From assembly GCA_902584685.1 (NCBI GenBank), contig CACIAP010000003.1, positions 18,311-82,310 of the forward strand: a DNA stretch of 64,000 nt, read 5' to 3'. Positions 37,070 through 48,341 of this stretch are shown piece after piece. Within the stretch, counting starts at the first letter, position 1, and the number at the start of each line of letters is the position of its first letter. Source of the DNA: an uncultured Pelagibacteraceae bacterium (GTDB lineage: Bacteria; Pseudomonadota; Alphaproteobacteria; Pelagibacterales; Pelagibacteraceae). Made by a program: the position numbers and the translations under genes. The notes beneath the pieces are model-generated. The model had not been told where the DNA came from. It searched no databases and was given only the letters and a program-made list of their open reading frames with translations.

Positions 37070-37363
37070 ATGATCACAAGCGGATTAATTCTAATCATCT
37101 TATATTTATTATTGATGTACGCTTTTGAATGTATCAAATATTTTAATAAAATAGATGAAAGATTTGGAAATTCTTTATGGAGATGGTCTTACGATTATCC
37201 CGTAAAAGGAAAACAGGATATTTCCAATATAGATGATCCGGAATTTGTGGCTTTAAGAAGAAGAAGAAATACTGCAGTTACTTGTATGTATTGGATTTTC
37301 TTTTTAGGTTTTTTTGTACTAATGAATTTTATAAGCCAGATATTATTAAAAATTTTTATTTAA
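37070..37363 (+). CDS. Hypothetical two-TM membrane protein abutting aceA
   Basis: ATG immediately follows the aceA stop (TAA-ATG); hydrophobic ends around a WRWSYDYP loop. Confidence 0.7.
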   Translation: MITSGLILIILYLLLMYAFECIKYFNKIDERFGNSLWRWSYDYPVKGKQDISNIDDPEFVALRRRRNTAVTCMYWIFFLGFFVLMNFISQILLKIFI

Positions 37364-38052
37364 TTTAATTTTTCGATATTTTTGACTATATATTCCCAAT
37401 TTCCAAATTTAGAATAAGATACTTTTAAAATTATTTTCGATTTATCATCCAACCAAACATTAAATTCTTCTTTTTTTTTATCATCAATATTTTTTCTCAT
37501 AACAATCTTAAATTTACTTGTATTGTAGTTATTGGTATTAATTTTGAGAATTTCTTTGGATAGGTAGTAAACTTCTTGAAATTTTAAGCTTCCAGAAAGT
37601 GGGCTTATAATCATTTCTGATTGAAGAATGTTATGATTCCACCAATTCCCAACTAACGCAGTTGATAGCACATTGCCCTTAAAAGAAGATCCCTTTACTT
37701 TAAAATTTTTTTTATCCTCCTTTAAAATTAATTCATTATATTTTTTTTTCTTATTCTGAATTGTATCAGACTTAAATTTAATTAATTTTCCATTTTTATA
37801 GGTCTCAGTGGATGTACCATAAACATCTAAAAAACTAATTCCCATCAACTTTGCGACAAAATTAATTTCATTTTTGACTACTAATAAATTGTTTCGGCTT
37901 TTAAATAAATATTTATTGTATCCTATTTTTGTTCCATTTCTCAAAATATCCATTTCAATTATCTTAAGTTTGTCATAGTGATTTATATGCGAATAAGAAA
38001 AAAAAGGATGGATTAAAAAAATTAAAAAAATAATTATTTTATTTTTTTTCAT
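37360..38052 (-). CDS. Exported beta-rich protein (DUF6134-like)
   Basis: Signal peptide, ILRNGTKIG, NWWN, C-terminal WLD...LKV; ATGA overlap with the upstream gene. Confidence 0.65.
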   Translation of the reverse strand: MKKNKIIIFLIFLIHPFFSYSHINHYDKLKIIEMDILRNGTKIGYNKYLFKSRNNLLVVKNEINFVAKLMGISFLDVYGTSTETYKNGKLIKFKSDTIQNKKKKYNELILKEDKKNFKVKGSSFKGNVLSTALVGNWWNHNILQSEMIISPLSGSLKFQEVYYLSKEILKINTNNYNTSKFKIVMRKNIDDKKKEEFNVWLDDKSKIILKVSYSKFGNWEYIVKNIEKLN

Positions 38053-39485
38053 TTGATTTCCCATAGACTTAACTTAAGCTCACCGTGTAAAGAATTTTCA
38101 CTCAAAATATCAAAACTGGAGGTCGGTAGGAAACATTCTATGTAACAAATATTCCAAATCTTACCTTTGAAATCTTTAAGATTATTTGTTCTAAAAAGAT
38201 TTATCTTATAATTCTGGTTACTTAAAATTACTTTTAAATAATTTGTAAAAACTATGTCATTAAAATCCTGGTCTTGACCGTTATTTTTTTCTCTATAAAA
38301 AATAACTTTATTTATGCTCGAACCTTCAATTATTTTGAACGCAGTATCAAAATCCGGTTTAAATTTTACCCTCTCATAAAAAAATTGTTTTACAGTACTT
38401 TCAGTTAAATGATTTCCTAAATTAAGTAATATTAAAAAAATAACAAAAAAACTTTTTAAATTTTGATTTTCTATTAAAAAAATCAAAATTGAAATTAATA
38501 AAATTATTGGAATCAAAACAAATATAATATATTTCGGAAAAATAATTGGCTCTAGAAAGTAACCATATATCAAGGGAATGAAATAGGATAAGAATAACAT
38601 GATATATAAAAAGATTATTTTTTTATTTTGAATTATCTTTTTCCATAAATAAATCGTTAAAAAAATTAAAGTAAATAAATGAATAATACCTAATAGCCTT
38701 GAGCCAAAAAATTTTGAAAAATAAAAATTGGTGAAAAATTTTAAACCTGGCTGCTCTATCCAATTTACTTTATCTGTTGAAATATATCCTAAGTAATGAA
38801 CCAAAAAGACTAAAGTTAAAATAGTTATAATTATTATTGAAATATTTATTTTTTGATTTTTACTTTTAAAAAAAAAGTAGTCTAAAAACATAAAACAGAT
38901 TAAAGAACCAAAAACAATAATACTAAATGGATGACTTAAGATAGACAAAAACATTGATAAAGAGAATAGAAAAAAATTTTTTGTAAAAATTTTAGATTTA
39001 TGCTCATTATATAGATTGAAAAAAAAAATCAAAGTAAGAGAGGTTAGAAAGAAATTGAAAATATAAACCCTCATTTCTTGTGAGTACACAATAAGATATA
39101 TATTTAAACTTGTTAAACAAAGTGCAAATAAATAACTTTTGTTATTTGTAAACTTTCTACATAAATTACTTACTGTAAAAATACTTAAGAAACCAAAAAA
39201 AGCAGAAAATATTCTCCCCACGATCGGATCGTAACTAAAAAAATTGTTACAAATTTTTATAAAATAATAATACAAAAAGGGTATGGACTCTGTAGTCTTT
39301 ATTCTAGAATATGTTTCATTAAAACTTAAATTGGGATCTGTAACCCAAAAGGAGTAAATTTCATCTAACCAAAGATTTTCATAATCTATGTTATAAAACC
39401 TAAATACAAATCCCAATAATACTATCAAAAAAATTGATGGGTAGATAAATAAATTATTTTCTTGAAATTTTAAAAGTTTAAACAT
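38049..39485 (-). CDS. GT-C fold membrane glycosyltransferase (GT39/ArnT/PMT-like)
   Basis: First TM followed by FRFY....LWLDE, P.LYY, RIFSAFFG, YSQEMRVY; many TM segments. Confidence 0.8.
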   Translation of the reverse strand: MFKLLKFQENNLFIYPSIFLIVLLGFVFRFYNIDYENLWLDEIYSFWVTDPNLSFNETYSRIKTTESIPFLYYYFIKICNNFFSYDPIVGRIFSAFFGFLSIFTVSNLCRKFTNNKSYLFALCLTSLNIYLIVYSQEMRVYIFNFFLTSLTLIFFFNLYNEHKSKIFTKNFFLFSLSMFLSILSHPFSIIVFGSLICFMFLDYFFFKSKNQKINISIIIITILTLVFLVHYLGYISTDKVNWIEQPGLKFFTNFYFSKFFGSRLLGIIHLFTLIFLTIYLWKKIIQNKKIIFLYIMLFLSYFIPLIYGYFLEPIIFPKYIIFVLIPIILLISILIFLIENQNLKSFFVIFLILLNLGNHLTESTVKQFFYERVKFKPDFDTAFKIIEGSSINKVIFYREKNNGQDQDFNDIVFTNYLKVILSNQNYKINLFRTNNLKDFKGKIWNICYIECFLPTSSFDILSENSLHGELKLSLWEIK

Positions 39486-39544
39486 ATCTAAAAAAATTGT
39501 TAATTAATTTTTAAATTATTAATTATATTATTCTGTCAAAAAAT

Positions 39545-40192
39545 ATGTTTTTAACAATTAAAAAAATCCCAAAAAACTACTGGAGTTCAAAAAAACCACT
39601 TAACTTAAAACCTAAAGCTTTAACAATTTTTTATCTTATACTAGGTTTAACGATATTTGGCTTAGGTGAAGGGCTGTTAATCGTATCATATTCAGGAGCA
39701 TCTCCCTGGAGTGTTCTCGCTCAAGGGATCTCTTTAAATGTTAATTTATCAATTGGAGTTGTAACTTTTATTGTAAGCGTTTGTACTCTAAGCTTATGGT
39801 TTTTTCTAAAACAAAAACCAGGTATTGGAACATTATTTAACATAATAATAATTGCTGCAATGATTGATTTAACTATTTATTGTTTTGTTACACCAGAAAC
39901 ATACTTTGGGAAGTTAACAATGGCTGTATTAGCAGTTTTATTAGTAGGTATCGGGAGTGGCTTTTATCTAATTGCAAATCTGGGTCCTGGTCCAAGAGAT
40001 GGATTGATGACAGGTATTCAAAGAATAACAAATTTTCCTATAGCTTCAGTTAGAGCAGGAATTGAGATAACGGTTGTTTCAATTGGTTGGTATTTAGGGG
40101 GTACTGTTGGAGTAGGAACGATATTATTTGCTTTTGGAATTGGTCCAGCTGTAGCATTTGGTCTATATTTAGTGGGAAAATTCTTTAATTGA
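39545..40192 (+). CDS. YczE/YyaS/YitT family membrane protein
   Basis: GASPWSVLAQG, GIGT, LGPGPRDGLMTG, LGGTVGVGT. Confidence 0.85.
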   Translation: MFLTIKKIPKNYWSSKKPLNLKPKALTIFYLILGLTIFGLGEGLLIVSYSGASPWSVLAQGISLNVNLSIGVVTFIVSVCTLSLWFFLKQKPGIGTLFNIIIIAAMIDLTIYCFVTPETYFGKLTMAVLAVLLVGIGSGFYLIANLGPGPRDGLMTGIQRITNFPIASVRAGIEITVVSIGWYLGGTVGVGTILFAFGIGPAVAFGLYLVGKFFN

Positions 40193-40223
40193 TTTTTGTT
40201 AAAAAAAAAACTATTAGTTTTTT

Positions 40224-40682
40224 ATGTCATTAAAAAATTTTATGATTGAATCAGCAAACATTTTGTTTGATGATAGTAAAAACGATTTACGAGCTCTACC
40301 AAAAACTGTAAGACTTCAAATTTTATTAGTTTTGAGTTTTATTTGGTCAGTAGTATTTAGTTTATACATTTTTACATACACAACATTTATTTTTGGTTGG
40401 GCGGGAGTATTTCTTGCTCATTTAGGTCTTATTTTTGCAGTCTATCATACTTTTAAGCAATTTCATAAAGCTGAGGAAAAGTCCGCGAGCGTTTTTGAGA
40501 CCAAAAATTTTAACCCTTTTAAAATAATGGCAATAGTTTTTGTAATAGTTTTTATATTTGTTTTCTCAAAGGGAATTGAGGTTCTAACAAATACAAATTC
40601 GTATAAAATCCCTTATGAAGGACCAGATAAGTCTGCAATAGAAAAATGGTTACCGTTTACCCAAAAAAAATCAGGGGATTAA
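40224..40682 (+). CDS. Hypothetical membrane protein
   Basis: 152 aa with three hydrophobic segments; promoter-like TTGATT-N17-TATTAG 6 nt upstream. Confidence 0.7.
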   Translation: MSLKNFMIESANILFDDSKNDLRALPKTVRLQILLVLSFIWSVVFSLYIFTYTTFIFGWAGVFLAHLGLIFAVYHTFKQFHKAEEKSASVFETKNFNPFKIMAIVFVIVFIFVFSKGIEVLTNTNSYKIPYEGPDKSAIEKWLPFTQKKSGD

Positions 40683-40721
40683 ACATATATTTTAAGAATA
40701 GAATCAGCTATATTAAAATCA

Positions 40722-41105
40722 ATGAAAAATCTTGTCAAAAATTTGCAGCTTCTCTTATTGGGAATAATTTTACTTAGCACAATCATCGCAGTAGTACTTG
40801 AAATAAGAACAATGTTCTTAAATCAAACTGTTACATTAGCTGATTTATTATTGATGTTTCTATACTTAGAGGTTATGGCAATGGTAAGAGTATTTTGGGA
40901 AGAACAATCAATCAGCATTTCTTTACCTTTGTTGATCGCGATTACTGCGCTAAGCAGATTTATAATTTTACAGGGTAAGCAGATGGATGCATCTCAGCTT
41001 CTTTATGAGTCCATTGCAATCGTTTTAATTGCTCTCGCCATAGTAGTATTAAGATTAAGGCACAGTGATAAATTAGGCTTATCTAAAAAGAAAAGAAGAA
41101 AATAA
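40722..41105 (+). CDS. PsiE-family (phosphate-starvation-inducible) membrane protein
   Basis: LADLLLMFLYLEV, PLLIAITALSR.IIL; four TM segments. Confidence 0.82.
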   Translation: MKNLVKNLQLLLLGIILLSTIIAVVLEIRTMFLNQTVTLADLLLMFLYLEVMAMVRVFWEEQSISISLPLLIAITALSRFIILQGKQMDASQLLYESIAIVLIALAIVVLRLRHSDKLGLSKKKRRK

Positions 41106-41144
41106 AATATTTAATACAACCTGATCAATTGTTATAGTTTATTT

Positions 41145-41204
41145 ATGTGGTTTATCAGAATCAGGCTACATAAATTTGTAAGATTAACCTTTCATCCACC
41201 GTGA
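41145..41204 (+). CDS. Candidate leaderless 19-aa micropeptide MWFIRIRLHKFVRLTFHPP (or part of an sRNA)
   Basis: Extended -10 TG-T-TATAGT (41130-41138), ATG 6 nt later, TGA at 41202-41204, terminator at 41232-41263. Confidence 0.35.
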   Translation: MWFIRIRLHKFVRLTFHPP

Positions 41205-41231
41205 ATTGATTAAATTCTAAAAAATTTAGAC

Positions 41232-41263
41232 AAAAAAAAACCCTCTTTCGAGGGTTTTTTTTT
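41232..41263. terminator. Bidirectional intrinsic terminator downstream of groEL
   Basis: A9-CCCTC-TTTC-GAGGG-T9. Confidence 0.92.
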
Positions 41264-41284
41264 AAAACTACTTTTAGCGGAATT

Positions 41285-42967
<1,683 letters not shown>

Positions 42968-43261
42968 TTATTTTCCTGTTGAAATTCCCATTATGTCAGA
43001 CTCTTTCATAATACTGTATTCCTTGCCACCAATTTTAACCTCAGTGCCTGACCATTTACCAAATAATACTTTGTCACCAACCTTAACATCCATTGGAATG
43101 ATTTTTCCATCTTCAGTTTTGGCACCACCTCCAACAGCAACAACTTTGCCTTCCTGTGGTTTCTCTTGAGCTGTATCTGGAATTATAATTCCCCCAGCAG
43201 TTTTCTCACTGCTATCTAAAACTTCTATCAGAACTCTATCATGTAATGGTTTAAACTTCAT
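42968..43261 (-). CDS. groS: Co-chaperonin GroES
   Basis: [10 protein letters not shown]...[18 protein letters not shown]. Start set to ATG 43261 after SD AAGGAG. Confidence 0.98.
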   Translation of the reverse strand: MKFKPLHDRVLIEVLDSSEKTAGGIIIPDTAQEKPQEGKVVAVGGGAKTEDGKIIPMDVKVGDKVLFGKWSGTEVKIGGKEYSIMKESDIMGISTGK

Positions 43262-43286
43262 AAAAACTCCTTTAAATATGAGGTTC

Positions 43287-43315
43287 ATATAAAGATCAAA
43301 ATATATTTTTTCAAG
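43287..43315 (-). promoter_or_regulatory. sigma32 (RpoH) promoter of groESL
   Basis: Minus strand CTTGAA-N15-CTTTATAT; no CIRCE inverted repeat seen. Confidence 0.7.
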
Positions 43316-43384
43316 ATAAAGGAACAAATTAATATTACAAAAAAAACCAAGAAAAATGCATATTTTTGAGTTATATCATAAAAA

Positions 43385-44200
43385 ATGACTTCAAATTTAG
43401 ATGAAAAAGGACTTAGATCGATCATTGATGAATATGATCTTTTTTTTATAGATGTTTGGGGAGTACTTCATAACGGGATTAACCTTTTTCAAAATTCTGT
43501 TGAAGTTCTTGAGAGGCTTGAAGAAAATAAAAAAAATTACGTTCTGCTAACTAACGCGCCAAGACCAAATCAAACTGTATTCGAATTTTTAAAAAAAATG
43601 GGTTTGGATAAAACAAAAGCCCAACATGTTTATACATCTGGTCAAGCTGCATTAGACCAGCTCAAAACCATGAACTCCAAAAAATTTTTTCATGTAGGCC
43701 CTCCTAGGGATTTCGATTTATTTAAAACATTTGAAAATCAAAAGGTTGAAAGTATAGATAGCTGCGATTTTTTGTTATGCACTGGTTTATTTGATAGTTA
43801 TCAAGGAGATTTAGAATATTATGAAAAACTTTTTTTTGATCACATCCAAAAAAAAATGATATGCACAAATCCAGATCTTATTGTTGACAGGGGTGATGTT
43901 AGAGAATTCTGCGCTGGATCATTAGCAAAAATTTTTGAAAAATTAGGTGGTGAAGTAAAATACTTTGGCAAACCTCATCCAGAAATTTATAAAAAAGCAT
44001 TTAGTGACTTAAAAAATAAAAAAGTAATTTGTATAGGTGATAGCCTTAACACAGATATAAAAGGTGCAAACATACAAAATTTTGACTCATTGCTAATAAC
44101 CAGCGGTATTCATAAAAACGAAATAAGCAACGGTATTGAAAAACTGGTAAAAAAGCATGAGGTTAATGTAAATTATATTCAAAAAGATTTAAAATGGTAA
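43385..44200 (+). CDS. HAD-IIA hydrolase (TIGR01459-like)
   Basis: DVWGVLHNG, LTNAPR, CTNPD, GKPHPEIY, IGDSLNTDIKGA, GIH. Confidence 0.88.
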   Translation: MTSNLDEKGLRSIIDEYDLFFIDVWGVLHNGINLFQNSVEVLERLEENKKNYVLLTNAPRPNQTVFEFLKKMGLDKTKAQHVYTSGQAALDQLKTMNSKKFFHVGPPRDFDLFKTFENQKVESIDSCDFLLCTGLFDSYQGDLEYYEKLFFDHIQKKMICTNPDLIVDRGDVREFCAGSLAKIFEKLGGEVKYFGKPHPEIYKKAFSDLKNKKVICIGDSLNTDIKGANIQNFDSLLITSGIHKNEISNGIEKLVKKHEVNVNYIQKDLKW

Positions 44201-45129
44201 ATAACTTGAAAATTTATAATAATTTTAATTTAGGGAGAAAGGATACAGGTTCAATTATTCTAATCGGAAATTTTGATGGTCTTCACAAAGGTCACCAAAA
44301 ACTTTTTAACAAAGCAAGAAATTTTAAAAAAAAATACAAATTAAAAATAGGTGTAGTTACCTTTGATCCAATCCCAAAAATGTTTTTTAGAAAGCTTTAT
44401 AATTATAGACTTTCAAACTTTGATCAAAAAATTCATCTTTTAAAAAAAAATAAAGTAGATTTTATTATTAATAAAAAGTTTAATGCAAAATTTTCCAAAA
44501 TTACATGTTTTGATTTTATAAAAAAAATTTTATTTAAAAAGATTGGACCAAGATATATTTTTGTTTCAGACAATTTTCGATTTGGTTATAAAAGAGCTGG
44601 TGACATCAAGCTTCTAAAATCATTAGAGAAAGATTACCGTTACAAAATCATTAATCCATCTCCCCTTAAGAGTAAAAAATCTGTAATTTCATCGACCTTG
44701 GTAAGAAAAAATCTTGAAACGGGAAATTTGAAAAAAGTAAAAAAATTTTTAGGTCGAAATTGGTGTATAGAGGGCAAAGTCGAGAAAGGAAGACAGCTTG
44801 GTAAAAAAATAGGATTCCCCACATGCAATATTGATATAAAGGATTATAAAATCCCAAAAATCGGCGTTTATGCAGTGAAAATATCTTTTAAAAATAAAAG
44901 AAAATTAAAAGGTATTGCAAATATTGGATACAGACCAACATTTAATCAAAAAAAATTAATTTTAGAAGTAAATATATTTAACTTTTCTGGAAATCTTTAT
45001 GATAAAAATTTATCAATAGAGTTTATAGAATTTATAAGAGGCGAAAAAAAATTTAAAGGAGTGCTTAATTTAAAAAAACAAATCAAAATAGATTGTAAAA
45101 AAGCAAGGGCAATATTATTAAATGAGTAA
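44194..45129 (+). CDS. ribF: Bifunctional riboflavin kinase / FAD synthetase
   Basis: IGNFDGLHKGHQ, ISST, GRQLGKKIGFPTCN, GYRPTF, IRGEKKF. Confidence 0.95.
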   Translation: MVNNLKIYNNFNLGRKDTGSIILIGNFDGLHKGHQKLFNKARNFKKKYKLKIGVVTFDPIPKMFFRKLYNYRLSNFDQKIHLLKKNKVDFIINKKFNAKFSKITCFDFIKKILFKKIGPRYIFVSDNFRFGYKRAGDIKLLKSLEKDYRYKIINPSPLKSKKSVISSTLVRKNLETGNLKKVKKFLGRNWCIEGKVEKGRQLGKKIGFPTCNIDIKDYKIPKIGVYAVKISFKNKRKLKGIANIGYRPTFNQKKLILEVNIFNFSGNLYDKNLSIEFIEFIRGEKKFKGVLNLKKQIKIDCKKARAILLNE

Positions 45130-47863
45130 AAGTTCTGTAAATCTTCCGAAAACATCATTTTCAATGAGAGCAAATCTTCCTTTAAAGGAACCTGATCTAA
45201 TTGATTATTGGAACAGAATATCACTTTATGAAAAGCTTCGAGCAAACAGTAAAGGAAATGAAAAATTTGTTTTACATGATGGTCCACCTTATGCAAATGG
45301 AAATATCCACATGGGAACTGCTTTAAATAAAATTTTAAAAGATATTGTTACAAAGTTTCATCAAATGAATGGAAAAGACTCTGTATATGTTCCAGGATGG
45401 GATTGTCATGGCTTACCAATTGAATGGAAAATTGAAGAACAATATAAAAAGAATAAAAAAAATAAGAATGATGTACCAATAGTTGAATTTAGAAAAGAGT
45501 GCAGAGACTTTGCAAATAAATGGATCGATGTTCATAAAAAACAATTTCAAAGGTTAGGTGTCATAGGAGATTGGAAAGATTATTATTCGACTATGAGTTT
45601 CAAAGCTGAAGCTCAAATTGTTAGGGAGTTAGCGAAATTTTTAAAAGAGGGTAGCTTATACAAAGGTTACAAACCCGTATTATGGTCTACTGTTGAAAAA
45701 ACTGCCCTCGCAGATGCTGAGGTAGAGTATATGGATCATATTTCTGATACTATTTATACTTCATTTCCGATTAAGAAAACTTCAAACAAAAGTCTAGAGG
45801 GTTGCGAAATTATTATTTGGACCACAACTCCATGGACTATACCAGCCAATAAGGCGCTAGCTTATAATAAAGATATTAGCTACCAAACAATTAAGATTGA
45901 AGATGAAGGTGATTTCAAAAATAAAAAAATTGTTATAGCTTATGATTTACTAGAAACAGTTTTGAAAGAATGTGAGATTAAAAAATTCAAGAAACTTGAC
46001 AAGTTATCAGGTAAAGAATTTAAAAATATAATTTGTAGCCACCCTTTAGAAAAAGAAGGTTACACTCAAGATATTCCAATGTTAGAGGCGAATTTTGTTA
46101 CAACAGAGCAGGGTTCCGGAATAGTTCATTGCGCACCAAGTCATGGACCTGACGATTTTAACTTATGTATAAATAATGGAATTCAGGCAGTTGAAACAGT
46201 AGACGATGACGGAAAATATACAAAAAATATTTTGAATTTTGAGGGAATACATGTTTTTAAAGCTAATCCAATCATTATTGAAAGCTTAAAAAAAAATAAA
46301 AGATTAGTTTCAAGTGGAAAATTGAACCATACTTACCCTCACTCTTGGAGATCAAAGGCACCGTTAATTCACAGAGCAACTCCTCAGTGGTTTATATCTA
46401 TGGAAAGCCATGGACTTCGAAAAAAAGCTTTAGTTGCAATTGATAAAACTGAATTTTATCCTAACAAAGGTAAGGAGAGACTTAAATCTATGATAGAAAC
46501 TAGGCCAGATTGGTGTGTTTCTAGGCAGCGTGTTTGGGGAGTTCCATTGCCAATATTTATCTCTAAAAAAGATGAGAAAGTTTTAGTTGATGAGGAAGTC
46601 TTTAATAACATTGCTAATATTTTTGAGAAAGAAGGTTCAGATTGCTGGTTTGAGAATAACAAACAAAAGTTTCTTGGAAAAAAATATAAAGAAAATGACT
46701 TTCACCAGACCACTGATATTGTGGAAGTTTGGTTTGACAGTGGTTCTACACATTCTTTTGTTTTAGAACAAAGAGATGATTTAAAATGGCCAGCATCTCT
46801 TTATCTCGAAGGCTCTGATCAGCATAGGGGTTGGTTTCATTCTTCTCTTTTGGAGTCATGTGGTACGAGAGGTGAGGCACCTTTTGAAGCTATTTTATCA
46901 CATGGTTTTGTTGTAGATGGCAAAGGTCTTAAAATGTCGAAATCACTTGGAAACGTAATTTCACCGGAAGAAATCTTAAAAAAATATGGCGCAGATATTT
47001 TAAGGATCTGGGTTGCAGCATCAAACTATGCTGAAGATTTGAGGATAGATCATAAAATTTTGGAACAGCATGCTGACGCTTATAGAAAACTTAGAAATAC
47101 ATTCAGATACTTGTTGGGTAATTTAAACGATGAGTTAAGTGATATTGATTTAAGTAAAATTGAAGTTAATTCATTGCCTGAACTTGAACAACTAATGCTT
47201 CATAAATTATATAATTTGAATGAAAGCTTCATAAAACATTTCAATTCTTATAATATTCATTTGATTTATAAAGAGTTGCTAAATTTTTGTACCGTAGATC
47301 TGTCATCTTTTTATTTTGATATACGAAAAGATACTTTGTATTGCGATGAGAAAAATTCAAAAAAAAGAAAAGATTGTCAGTTACTACTTAACATAATTCT
47401 AGATAGTTTATTAAAATGGTTTGCGCCAATATTATCTTTTACTACAGAAGAAATATTTAAGTTAGTAAATAAAAATAATGATGAAAAAAGTATTCATTTA
47501 AAAAAATTGAATATATTTCCTAAGGCGTGGGATAACTTGCAGCTAGAACAAAACTGGAAAAAAATAATTGATATTAGAAATGAGGCTAATTCAAGCATTG
47601 AAGCTATGAGAGCTAAGAAAATTATAGGGTCAAGCTTAGAGGCAAACATCGAAATAGAGTTAGATGAGGAAAATTATAATTTAGGAAAAAATTATGATTT
47701 TTCAGAAATATGTATTACTTCATCAGCAAAGATAGTTAATACTAAAAAAAAAGAAAATTCAATTAAAGTAAATACTGAAAAAGCAGAGGGACAAAAATGT
47801 CCGGTTTGTTGGAAAATTAATAAAAATGGATGTGAAAGACGTTCATGTTCTAATAAAAAATAA
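45122..47863 (+). CDS. ileS: Isoleucine--tRNA ligase (type 1)
   Basis: HDGPPYANGNIHMGT, GWDCHGLPIE, WTTTPWT, EGSDQHRGWF, KMSKS. Confidence 0.98.
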   Translation: MSKSSVNLPKTSFSMRANLPLKEPDLIDYWNRISLYEKLRANSKGNEKFVLHDGPPYANGNIHMGTALNKILKDIVTKFHQMNGKDSVYVPGWDCHGLPIEWKIEEQYKKNKKNKNDVPIVEFRKECRDFANKWIDVHKKQFQRLGVIGDWKDYYSTMSFKAEAQIVRELAKFLKEGSLYKGYKPVLWSTVEKTALADAEVEYMDHISDTIYTSFPIKKTSNKSLEGCEIIIWTTTPWTIPANKALAYNKDISYQTIKIEDEGDFKNKKIVIAYDLLETVLKECEIKKFKKLDKLSGKEFKNIICSHPLEKEGYTQDIPMLEANFVTTEQGSGIVHCAPSHGPDDFNLCINNGIQAVETVDDDGKYTKNILNFEGIHVFKANPIIIESLKKNKRLVSSGKLNHTYPHSWRSKAPLIHRATPQWFISMESHGLRKKALVAIDKTEFYPNKGKERLKSMIETRPDWCVSRQRVWGVPLPIFISKKDEKVLVDEEVFNNIANIFEKEGSDCWFENNKQKFLGKKYKENDFHQTTDIVEVWFDSGSTHSFVLEQRDDLKWPASLYLEGSDQHRGWFHSSLLESCGTRGEAPFEAILSHGFVVDGKGLKMSKSLGNVISPEEILKKYGADILRIWVAASNYAEDLRIDHKILEQHADAYRKLRNTFRYLLGNLNDELSDIDLSKIEVNSLPELEQLMLHKLYNLNESFIKHFNSYNIHLIYKELLNFCTVDLSSFYFDIRKDTLYCDEKNSKKRKDCQLLLNIILDSLLKWFAPILSFTTEEIFKLVNKNNDEKSIHLKKLNIFPKAWDNLQLEQNWKKIIDIRNEANSSIEAMRAKKIIGSSLEANIEIELDEENYNLGKNYDFSEICITSSAKIVNTKKKENSIKVNTEKAEGQKCPVCWKINKNGCERRSCSNKK

Positions 47864-48341
47864 AGTGTTAAAATTTTTACTTAACTCAATATTTGTACTT
47901 ATTCTTTTTTCGATAGATAGATTTTCCAAAGTTTATGTTATCGAACTCGTGGATAAAACTGAAATTTCAGAAATATACATAACTTCTTTTTTAAACTCAT
48001 ATTTAGTTTGGAATACTGGAATAGCTTTTGGATTATTTTCACTTTCAAATGAACTTACTTATAATTTATTTACAGCACTAATCGTATTAATAAATTTAAT
48101 AATTATTTATTTGGTAATTGTAACAAAAGACTTCAGAAAATATTTTTTTTTGTTAATTTTGGGAGGATCTTTTGGAAACCTTTTTGATAGGCTTTACTAT
48201 GGATCGGTGCCGGATTTCATTGATTTTCACATAGGTAATTTTCACTGGTTTATATTTAATATAGCTGATATCTTTATAACCGTGGGTGTTATTTGCCTTA
48301 TTTTAGCTGAACTAATGTATAAAAAAGAAGTCAATGAATAA
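47826..48341 (+). CDS. lspA: Lipoprotein signal peptidase II (true start may be slightly downstream)
   Basis: WNTGIAFG, GGSFGNLFDR, VPDFI, FIFNIAD; follows ileS. Confidence 0.93.
   Translation: MDVKDVHVLIKNKVLKFLLNSIFVLILFSIDRFSKVYVIELVDKTEISEIYITSFLNSYLVWNTGIAFGLFSLSNELTYNLFTALIVLINLIIIYLVIVTKDFRKYFFLLILGGSFGNLFDRLYYGSVPDFIDFHIGNFHWFIFNIADIFITVGVICLILAELMYKKEVNE

Noticed and set aside
41121-41213. 6S RNA interpretation of the long irregular hairpin
   Set aside because: It is too short and lacks a symmetric central bubble. Kept only as a generic sRNA or micropeptide candidate.
43262-43384. CIRCE/HrcA operator upstream of groES
   Set aside because: No TTAGCACTC-N9-GAGTGCTAA-like inverted repeat is present; only a sigma32-type promoter.
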